64,000 bases of DNA from Callorhinchus milii (lineage: Eukaryota), in NCBI RefSeq assembly GCF_018977255.1, contig NW_024704742.1, positions 97,156,001-97,220,000 of the forward strand, given 5' to 3'. Shown here one piece after another: positions 27,101 through 39,100 of this stretch; position 1 is the first letter of the stretch; every line of letters starts with the position of its first letter. Made by a program: the position numbers and the translations under genes. The notes below the pieces were generated by a model. That model was given only the letters and a program-made list of their open reading frames with translations. It searched no databases and had not been told where the DNA came from.

Positions 27101-30100
27101 ATCCTGAAAACATAATAATTTTCATGTAAAAAATATCAAACCTGCAGAGTTTTGTGAAAAACTTTGTGTAATCTTAACAGGACGATCTACTTTTTCAAGC
27201 TGTGCAGTTCCAGGTTCAATTGAGTCATCACTCAGATTTTCATTTAAAGTCTTCAACACAATGATCAGATCTTCTTGGCTAAGCACAAACTGCAAAAACA
27301 AAGTTAATGATTCGACAGCTAATTTGTTACATTAAGACACTGAAAGTAGATATCTTCCCAGCTGTATAAATTAAAGATTGTATAAAATTGAGAAAATAAA
27401 TTAAAATTAGGCTGTATTGCTTGTTGTGGCAAGATTGCTGAGAGTAGAAATTTTAGACCTTGCCTTCTGTGAGTTTCTGCCTGATTGTTAAAGTCTGAGT
27501 GATTCAGGTTGGTAAAATGAACAAAAAGGTTATTCTAGACATATATGCCTATAAATAAACTTATATTGTACTAAACTTAATTGGGTTTTAACAGATAAAC
27601 TGACACTTGTGTGGCCCGTGGCCGTTCTGTCACATGAACAGCTGTTCACTCTGCACAAGCACAGTGTGTTAGGGTGAAACACCCTAATGAAGTGGTTTCA
27701 TCAGGTTAACAAGGTTTCACTACTGCAATAAAAAATAATCTGTTCCAAAACAATAATTTAAATGTTTTTGAGCAATCCAATTGACTACTCAACACTTTTA
27801 AACAATGCCTAGCTCTTTAACATCAATTTATTAATTGCTTCAGGCTCCAGTATGGGATTTCAGAGCAGGAAATATTAAATTAGCTATCTGGAAAAAATAA
27901 CTACAGTAATTGCATTTAGCAGTATAAAGTGGGCTTTGTTAACAGGATTGTTTCAACCAGTTTCAAAACTACCTGGTAACATACGTTTCCTTCACATTGT
28001 TCTGAAATTTACTTCAAGGTTACTTTTTTAAAAAAAGTACTTACACTCATGGGTTTCAGGATCCCGGTGATCTCAATATCAGGCATCTCATGGTACCAGG
28101 TAGCAGCCAAATTGCGTTTTATAATGACTATCAGATTTACAGGCTGGAGCATATGAACTTCAGAACGAAAAGCCTTATTATGGAATACTGTCCTGATAAA
28201 ATAACATTGTATTCTTAGAATGACAGAAATTTACAGCATAGAAAAAAGGCCATTCGATCCATCGTATCTGTACTGGCTCTTTGAAATGGCAATCTATTCA
28301 GCCCAATTCTATCTGCCTTCCCATACACATCCAAATTACTCCATTTTAGATAGTTAATTCCCTCTTGATTTCACAGGCAGGTGAAGCTAATGCACGGTTA
28401 CATTCTAAATAAACTGAGCCATCAATGAGTCTTGAGCCATCACTGCACTGCGTACTTACTAGCTAGCGTGGAATTGCAATGAATAATAGGAAATGAAGTT
28501 GTACTGCACATGCTTCCATAGAACAAGACAACGTTTTCGACGATTCAATGTCGCCAGCCGGTTAAGTGTGCACGCATTGACGGGTCAGAACGTCATTTCC
28601 CGTGATTCAAAGAGGCCGTTAAGTGCGGGAGTAACTGAGGGTATGGGAAGTGGCTTTACAAGTTAGGAGGTGATTAATATGAGCAGTGCAAAGAAGTCAA
28701 AAGTGGCTTTGACAGGAAATTGAATGCGACTCGGGTGAATGTACGACTTAGTCAATTATACAAGTTTTACTGTATTTACAAAAAATTTCTTAAAAAACCT
28801 ATGCATTCACTTTTTGTAGAAGAGTTAGATGTGATCTTCAATACAAAGGTATAGATGTGAATACCATCGTATTAGTTAATTTCTTCTCTAATAGATACAC
28901 AGATGGCAGCACAAGCAGCTCAGTTCCCAGCATAATTTGTAAATGTAACTTAGTTAAGTTTATATTCAGTCCTCTGGCTTTAATACGAAGGAAATTATTA
29001 TGGATGCTCAATTGCTATCAATTGCTTTAAAAGGACATTTAAGTTGTTTAATCTTAATAATAATAATCCTTGCATTTGTTATAGCGCTTTTCACGTCAGG
29101 AGGACGTCCCAAAGCGCTTCACAGAACACACTGTAAAGTGAATTGACTGTATATTTGAGGGCGAACGCAGTAGCCAATTGCGCACAGCAATGTCCCACAA
29201 ATAGTCGTAGATTGAAAATGACCAATTTTTTTAGGGGGGGGTTTTCAAGGGATTATAAACAACTAAAAATAAAGTTTAAACAAACTTATAATTAATAAAC
29301 CCAAATTTATGTTAATTATTGTAGATCTAGAAAGTAGATTGTGCATTACTTGAATGTATTTATTGAACAGAAAATAAACACCCAATACCTCAAACCTTAC
29401 GCTTCTCATGAAACAATATAGAATGGTTTTGACGTGAAACGTCAGATAGCTATGTAAGGCGTTCCTTTTATAAGGGGAGAAGGAACCATTGATATATGTT
29501 AAAGGGACGATTATTATACTTGATATATATTCACATACATTAAGAAAATACGCAACATTTCTTTACCTGTATAGTTTCAGTTCACTCAGCTTAACTTTCA
29601 TAGTGTCAACCACAGGTGGAACACTCATGACAGATTTTAGTTCAACGATTGAGAAGCTGTTTTGAACAGTGATGAGACCAAAATCTGCAACAACAACATT
29701 TTTGGAAACTGGAGACTGTGGTATGACAACAACAGGTGCTTTGATATGAACGTCAAGTGACATTCGGGTGCTCCGCTCTGCAAGATCCTTCACCCCCGAA
29801 GCAGCCTTTTCTGCTGCATGGACAGTTGCCTCAGTAACTGCTTCTTTTCCAGCTTGGAAAATATTGATAAAATCCTAAGCAAAGAAGTGAATGTTTTACA
29901 CTGTACAGAATAATCAATATACATCCAAAAGCATTAAGGACCTTTCTGGTTGAGAGCTAAATATTATTCCATGTTCCAACATTTTCCTTCAATTTTTCAA
30001 CTCACATCAATTTTCAAATAGTCCCCCCAATGGGATCTTTAACATCCATGAACTAGCAGACAGGACAATGAACAGCAAGGTTGAAGGAGTAAGGAGGGAG

Positions 30101-33100
30101 GTAACGGGAGGCACAGTTAAAGAAATAGATTTTCAAGAGCTTTTAAAGACAAATGTAATCAAGCATTTAATAGTTAATGGATTTAGAATGAAGATGGAAA
30201 CTACTCGGTAGTCCAGTAGATAAAGAGGGCTGTGCTGACTACTAAGTTATACATTTTGGTCTCGTGATGAATTAATGAATCTCAGCAACAGTTGCAATGT
30301 TACCATTTGCCTTTGCATTTTAATATTGGAAAAAATAAATTGAATCAGGATTTTTGCTCCTGTTTGCTATGTAGAAATCACTGCTGGAAGGCACACACAT
30401 GTTGATGTTGGATGAGAGCAGAATCTGACTCAGATAGAATAGTCAAATAAAATGATCATTCGGGTAAGGTGCTTGAAGTCCATGAAACCATATCCCAGTG
30501 GAATAAAAGTCAAATGCCTCAAGAGAAGAATAGAGAAATATGGAGACAACTAACACGTAATCATGTGAAGATGGATCATCTGCAAACATATAGGATGATT
30601 GTGCCCAATATCAGAATTGTTTTTATAACAAATGTCACACCATTTAGAGGAAACCTAACGGTTGTTGTCCAATCTACTATTATCTCCCACATATACAATC
30701 AACATGCGGAAGAACCCACTGCAGATTGCAATTTTTTAAAATAATAGTTTCAGGATGTCAATTTCACTTAATTATTTTACAAAACAAAAGTTTGCACCAG
30801 TCTCTAAAATGTAATTACAGCTCACCGACTCTACTTAGCCACATTTGAATATTATACCTCGTATACGATTTCTCCATATTGGTGCTGGCATTCCATACAA
30901 AGGTTTTGCTTATTCTATTTAAACCCTTTAACTGTAGCAATAGATTTCTGGATATTTTATAAATAAATCTTGAAGAAACCCTTACCAAAACAGAAGAGAT
31001 AAACTTCTTCACAAAGATAACTTGAATGCAGCCAACTGTCAATTTGATATAACTGTCAACGGCATTCATATCAGTGTAGGTAGCACCTTGTGTTGCATCC
31101 ACATGAGAGATCATTTTAAAGTTGAACACCTCTTTCCCAGTAATTGATACAGCCTGAAAATAAGGAAATAAATTGTCAATTAAATGCAAGAATACTCATT
31201 AAAATAGTAGCTGAGTGGAACAGTAAATTACAGCATTACTGTTTGGTACCAGACAAATTCAAATTTGTGGAGAACTTCTGCCCATTTTCCACTACAGATA
31301 ATCCAAGCAGAAATAACTTATAAATAATTTAATAAATAAAAAATAATAACCCTTGCATTTGGTATAGCACCTTTCTCTTTGTGAAGATGTCTCAAAGTAC
31401 TTCACGAAATGTATTGTAAAGTGGAGTGACTGTATTTTGTGGGTGAATACAGCAGCCAATTTGTGCCCAGCAGTGTCTCACAAAGAGCTATGCAGTGAAT
31501 GACCAATTTTATTTGGGAGATTGTTGGCCACAATACCAAGAGAAACTGGAGTCCTGTAGCTCAGTGGTTAGAGCACTCGCTTTGCAAGTGAGAGACCTGA
31601 GTTCAATTCCAGGCAGGGCGAAACCTTGGGCAAGTTTCCTTACTCCACACAGAGCCTAATAATAATCCCTCCAAAACAAAAATCAATAATAAATTGGTCA
31701 TTTTTAATCTACGACTGTTTGTGGGACATTGTTATGCGCAATTGGCTGCTGCGTTCTCCCACAAATATAGTCAATTCACTTCACAGTATATTCTGTGAAG
31801 CGCTTTGGGAGGGTCCTCCTGACGTGAAAAGCGCTATATCAAATGCAAGGATTATTATTATTATTAAACTCACTTCAATTTTCGAATAGTGCCAATGGGA
31901 TCTTTACCATTCACCTGAACTGGCACTGAACAGGGAGCACGGAGGAGGGATAAAGGATGGAGAGACAGGAAGCACAGTCAGAAATAAATTTTCAGGAGCC
32001 TTTAAAGATAAATGAAGAAAAGGTGAATGAAAGGATTTAGGAAGGAAGTTCCAGATGGTTGAGACATTGTTGCTTGGCCACAATGTGTAAGGGGCTCATC
32101 TAAATTGGCCAAGTGGAGGGAGTGAATAGAAGAATGAGGATGGAGAAAGTTAGAGATAGGGAGGAGCGAACACATGTAGAAATTTGTAAGGGTGAGCGAG
32201 GATCTTGAAATCAATCTTGCGTGAGTTAGGAACCCAGTGGAGTATGCTAAGAACTAGGCAAACGAAGTTCAGTGTAGGTAAGGGTGTGAGCAGCTAAATT
32301 TTGAGTGAGTTTGGACTTCTTGTTGAGCTGGGGAGGCCAGTGAGGAGGTCAATGGAGAAGTCCAGACTGGAGATAAAGGGTTGGGTAGATAGGGGTTTCA
32401 GCATCATTGGATAGGATAGGGACAAAGCCAGAAAAGTGGTGAAGATCAAGAAAAATGGTTTTGGCTAGGGACCAGATGTAACAGAAGAAGTTAGCCGAGG
32501 GCAAGGGCTTAGTGGCCAGAGCATCCAGGATAGTTGACTTAATTAGCACATTGTCCATATATACAATGCATTTACTCAATTGGTACAGTACATTGCTATA
32601 TTACAAAAAAGTTTATATTTATATAGTGCATTATCAGGAGGACAGCCCAAGTCCCTTGGCAATCCCGGCTTGACACCCAAGATGGGGATGCGAGCTAAAG
32701 GGGATAAGAAGGAAAATGATGACCAAAGCCATGGTCAAAGAGGAAGATCTTGAGACAGACTTTGAAAGAAGTGAGGAAGGGGGCAAGCTAGAGAGACTCT
32801 GGAATGGAGTTCCAGAGAGTGGAACCAGATAAACTGAAAGTCCATCCGCCACTGATGGGCAGGAGACATTATTATTATTATTATTATTATTATGAAGCAG
32901 GCTGAGCAAACGTAGCAGCTGGGTCGGTACAATATTGTTTTTTTTCCCCCAGCAAAGAGGCCATTTTTGAACAAAAATTGTCATACAAAAATTAGATTAC
33001 AAACAGTCTGTGGATGGCTACTGACATATAGTAATATATTCCCAGATATTCTAAAATATTAAGGGTAGAGAAATATGTGCCATGCTTTTGTAAAGCACAT

Positions 33101-36100
33101 TTAAATACCTTTCTATATAGAGCACGTTCATCTGAATCCACAGCTACAATATTTTTCAGAATTGCTACCACTTCTGTCACCTTCTTCTTCTGAATCACCT
33201 CTGCATCAAGACCTATTTAAACACATTTATAACAAATATTAAATTAATACTGAAGCTGAACACACAAAGATTTAGGGATTACTTACCAAAGTAACTCATT
33301 CTTCAGATACATCTTCTGAACACAAGATATTTTGGTAGCTGAGCAGAATATGGAATAAAGAAATATATTCTACCTTGTACCTTATCCATTCTTTAGAGAT
33401 ACATGTTTCACACACCACAATAATTGAGTTCAGGTTCTGGTAAAGACATGGACAGCAACACCCAAAGGATTTACTTTGGGCACTCTGCATTTGGTCATTG
33501 CCCACAGGGGGAAAAAAAGGTGTAAACATGCACTGGAGCAGCAGTTTAATGTTTTTGTTTTACTCCTAATTATCACATGCTGGATCCAGGGATGGCTAAG
33601 TGGGAGCATAATGTGTGGAGCCAGCTTTATTAAAGAATGAAGACTTTACAAGTTAGATAACTTTTCTCATTCATTCTGCATTTTACACATGCTTAAATGT
33701 TTAACAATGGGAATTAATTTTCGATTCGTAGAAAATCAGAAAACCCAATGAATACCGAATAAAATCCGGAACCTGCAAGCTGAATCATATCTATAAGTTA
33801 CGAACAATTATTTTCTATTTCAACAAAAGTGCCGCGTTGACTATGAAAACAGTAATGTCCATTAAATAAAAATATTTACCTTCGATGCTGATTTCTGAAA
33901 TTATTCTCATTTTATTTTGGATAAAAATTCTCAGACAAGCCAACTCTGCGAATACATGAAGATTGATCACATCTTCAAATTTAGCTGGTTTGGAAACTGA
34001 AAGGAAGAAATAGTGTCAACATCAGGGAGCTTAAAACAGTCTTGTGGAACTTGACGATTCACTATCTCCCTCAGGATTATTTAAATTTTGTTTCTTCTGC
34101 TGCCTAAAAACAGGTTCCAATTCAGCTAGATTATTTACCATTAATGCAAAGAATACATATGAAACTTCATCAAATGCCTTCTAAAATATAAACGCTGGAT
34201 AATTCATATACCAATTAGTTATTTCCGCAAAGAACTCAAGATTATTTAGAATTTACATATTCCTTCAAAAAAGGCTGATTACTCCATCCAGGACTCTATA
34301 GGATCGAAAGCAATTTGGATGCTCTAAAGCAGGAGTCCCCAAATGGTCAATCGCCACTAGGTGGCGCTGTCCAACATGATCAAAAACACAAGAGGGAGGA
34401 GCGATAGAATTGTATAAATATTTAGTACAATTGAAAACAAATGTTTAGTCCAGATGCACAAGTATTTCATGCACTTGGAAATAAAAATATAAAGTTTAAT
34501 GTTAAAACTGCAGAAATATTGTTCCTGCTTCTTTTTTATTGAGCATGCGAGAGGCCACCTCGCCATCTGGTTGGAGACCGCAGCTTTAAAGCATTTCTCC
34601 CTTATAGGTGTTATGAGCAGTTTTACCCTCATTTATTTCTAGGTTATGTGCTTCCCTATCCAGTCCATATCCTATTTCACTGAGTGCCTTAAATTTGTCT
34701 AATCCTTCGAGTTTCATCACAATGCATTTTTAGTCTTTTAATTATGTTAATTCCTGAGGAAAAACTGACTGGACATAACATTTTACCACCTTTCATATGC
34801 AAAGAATTTATTTAACTTATTTGTTGATGGTTTGCATCTTTTTCAAAAAAATTCCTTAAATAGCGTTTTTGGTCTTTAGTGCACAGTCTCGTATCATTAG
34901 GTATGTGGAAATGAACAGAATCAGAAAAAACTATTTCTAAAAATGTATGTCTATGAAAAAAAACTGTTAGGACACATGAACCCATACTCCAGCACGAGTC
35001 AGGAGTTTTCAGGAAGATTGTAAAACATGTGAATGATGCATCAGTCACTGCTTTATAGAGTTCAAATTGCACAATACAACAGAGAAAAAAAAGGAGATAC
35101 AGAAGTCTTACGTGTCGTTTTACTTGGAAGAGTGTCTTCTTTCTTTGATTCCTCAATAGTACGAACTGGTTCTTCCAAACCTGCCTTGATTTTCGAAGAC
35201 GGAACAAGTGAATTCAGGAAATTAATGGAACTCAGAAGGGCTTCAGTGTGCAAATGTGCATCCAATGAGGAAAAGTTGATCTGTAGTGAAAAATGTTAAA
35301 GGACCAATACTTTTGCATTTCTGATACATTGATACATTCTGATTCAAATATTTCATAATCAATTATTTCAGAAGACATGATCTAACTACTTAAACAAAAG
35401 GCAAGTAAATAAATTTAAATCTATTTAAAGCTACTAGTTTTCTGACGATCCAAAAAAATTCCATTGTGATTTCAGTGGAGCCATGCCTATTTTAGTAAAG
35501 ATATTGGTAAAAATAAACTCCTTTATGTACACGGCAACTCTCTTTAAGCATGTAGGATTACCATATTATACTATATTAATCTGCATAACTAGACCAATAA
35601 ATTCTTTGCTCTGCAAGAAAAGTATACAAGCACACCTGTTTTCAAAATCACTGTACAAATAATAAACTAGTATAAAAATATACATAGATTCATCATAAAA
35701 GGATGAAGTCCTGTAGCTTAGTGGTTAGAGCACTCGCCTCGCAAGCGAGAGGACCTAGGTTTGATTCCCGGGTAGGGCAAAACTTGGGCAAGTTTCCTTA
35801 CTCCACAGTTTACTTAGGAGTAAGTAGGAATCCAGTTGTTAGTCAATTGGTAGATTTTTTTTTTACCAGGGGTAATAATCCCTTCCAAAAAATAAATAAT
35901 AATTGGTCACTCAATCAACGACTGTTTGTGGGACACTGCTGTGCGCAATTGGCTGCCGCGTTTCGCCTACAAAATATAGTCAATTCGCTGAACAGTATAT
36001 TCTGTGAAGATGTGATATTCTGTGAAGATGTGTCTTGAAGATGTGATAAGGTGCTATATCAAATGCAAGGATTATTATTATTATTATATGATGCCATTGC

Positions 36101-39100
36101 AAGTTCATGCTTATCAAGTTGATATCATCATATTCTAATTATTGAAACATTTTCTTTTTAAAAATATATTCAAAGAAGAAACATTTTAACATCACAAAAT
36201 AAACTAGTAAACTCTTGATGTATCATCACTTCAAGGCCTCATGGTCACCCTGGATATAAAATGTACATACTATAAAATTTACACTTTATAGTAAATTCTG
36301 TGAAGCTCTTTCGGTTGGCCGACTGACATGAAAACACTAAATCAAATGCAAGAATTATTTTTTTAAATTTAAGTGAATAACCAATTTTATTTGGGGGAGC
36401 GTTGGCCAGGACACTGAGAGAAACTCTCTTACCTTTTGAATAGTGCCATTGGATTTTTAAGGTCCATCTGGATAGTTAGACAGGACATCAGTTTTAATGT
36501 CTCATCCGAAGGACGGTAACAATGTGGCGCTTCCCCATCACTGCACTGGAGTATCAGCCTCGGCTATGTGAGTTCAAGATCTTGGTGTGGGGCTTCATCC
36601 CACAGCCTCCTGACTCAGGGCAAAGAGTGCTACCAACTGAATCTGGTAGAACCCAATATCTATTTGCCAAATTAAATGTTGGTCCTGAAATTCCATCTAT
36701 TCTTAGCCTCCAAGACCATTTTGTCTTAAAATTTAGGACTTATGGAAATTCAGTTAAGTTTTATTTCTATAACAACTGTAATGTTTGACTTCCAAATTAA
36801 GATTGAATTTTAAATGTTACCAAAATTCTGAACAATGTAAATGTTATGGAAAAGTAACAGACTAAGATTAAGTAGGATTTTAGGCTATTTATTTCCAGTT
36901 CAAGTTTTACCTTTATTAGCTGCTCTGTATTTCTGTAAGTGGTTTTGAACTCTGGTCCATTTCTGTCAGCCTAAAAAAACACGTTGAAAAGCATTATCTA
37001 TATTTAAAAAAACACTCTTTCATAAAGCTCCATAAAAAATGTGTCATACCTTAGTATATTCAATGCTAAGGAGATCATCCTCAAAGTTGTCCAATGTTGT
37101 GATAATATAAATTGGTTTATTTTCAGTATCTAAAACAAAGGTTTGAGATTCAGATTACAAAGTCTCAATCATGTTATCCAACAATAATTATAATTGTGGA
37201 CAAAAATAATGCCTCTCGAAACAACAACAAAATTACATTTATAGAGCGCCTTTCACGTCAGGAGGATGTCCCAAAGCGCTCAAAGCGGTGTCAGGGCCCG
37301 AGCATGGGTGAGGGGTGGTCTAAGGGTGAGGGGAGGCAGAGAGGTGGGAGGGAGACCAAAGGCACGGTCGAGGAGAAGGGTCTTGAGACCGGCCTTGAAG
37401 GAGGCAAGGGAGGAAGCGAGACGAAGGGACCATGGGATGGAGTTCCAGAATGTGGGGGCAGAGAGGCTGAAAGCCCGGCCACCGATGGTAGGATGGGTAC
37501 GGCGGGATACATGGAGCAGGCCGGAGCCCAATGAACGGAGGGAGCGGGCAGGTTGTTAGATAGTCAGCAGGTCAGAGAGGTAGGAGGGGGCAAGACCATG
37601 GATGGCTTAATGGTGAAAAAACACCTTAGTGTTCTATTATAATAAAACACTTGTAAACGTGTTACAATAAACACTAAGCAGGGAAAAGAGATTTAAAGAT
37701 GCTGATCAAGGAACAGTTGAACGCTATGTTTTCCGCTGGATGTTGAAGGTATGAAGAGATATCGAATATTAAAATGTTTTTTTCTTTCCTTGTTCTGTGA
37801 ATCTGCAACCATCAAGTCAGCAGTATTGCACAAAGACTTACAAATCCAAACAATTAATCATGACTGACAAAAGCCACGATTACCTCATAATAATATTCCA
37901 TTACAATGATCCATTTACCATTGTTCACTTTTTTTCCAATAAAAATAAGGTTTGCATATCTTTCAATCCAGTCTGACAAAGAGAAAATTGCTCATAACAT
38001 CTTTTCACCTTACCTATGTGTTCCGGACATGTTAAACAGACCTCTTTCAAAAATATCACTGCAGTCATGTCATATGTTCGAATTTTTAGTTCTGTGCCCA
38101 ATCCTGTTATTTCCAACAGTAACACTGGGTTTTCACCATCATGCATGTGACGACAGATTCCTACTGACACCTGGATAGATTTTTTTCAAAACGTTAATAC
38201 ACACAAATTAAAACACAAACCATATACAATAATATATAGAAATCAAATTAATCTTGTTGCAAAGACCAACGCTTTCTGAGATATTGGGTTGTTTGTCCTG
38301 TAGCCCAGAACAGGGCTGCTGCACATAGTGAATCAGACGGCTAATTGGGAGAGAGAGGGTTGAGGTGAGAGAGTGAAGAGTGGGGAGGAAAGAGCGTGGG
38401 GGGGGGGGGGGGGGGGTGAGAGTGCGCGAGGGGGGGTGAGAGTGCGCGGGGGGGGGGTGAGAGTGCGCGGGGGGGGTGAGAGTGCGCGGGGGGGGTGAGA
38501 GTGCGCGGGGGGGTGAGAGTGCGCGGGGGGGGGAAGATAGCGCGTGGGTGTGGGGGGAGGAGAGAGCGCGCGGGGGTGGTGGGAGGAGAGAGCGCGTGGG
38601 TGTGGGGGGAGGTGAGAGCGCGTGAGGTGGGGGGGAAGGAGAGAGTGCGGGGGGGGGGTTGAGAGGAGGAGAGAGAGTGCGGGGGAGGTGAGAGGGGGAG
38701 AGAGAGGGTGGGGGGAGAGAGACATAAATTGGTGGACAGAGGGGGAGAGACGGGGGACGGGGTGGGGGGGGCGACAGAGAGGGAGAGGGGGAGGCTATCT
38801 CCTTCTCTCCCCCTCTCTCACACACACTCTCTCTCTATAATTACGTTCACTCCACTTCTCACACCCTTCACTCTCTTCCCTCTCATATTCCACTTCCCCC
38901 CCACTCTCCTCTCACCTACCGACTCTCGCCCACCCACTCTCAATCTCTGATTCTTTCTTTCCCCCTCACATTCACTTCCTCTCCCCTCACTCTCTCTCTC
39001 ACACACTTTCCCAATCTCTCTGTCACTCCCCCTTTCTTACCCATCTCTCACACACATACTCCCCCTTCCCCCTTGGTCTTTAGGCAGGATTTGAAAGTGA

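Noticed and set aside
31548..31620. Functional tRNA-Ala gene
   Set aside because: No clean acceptor stem; continues into the SINE body and tail; multiple diverged copies
38208..38825. 205-aa proline-rich ORF
   Set aside because: Translation artefact of the G/C-rich minisatellite
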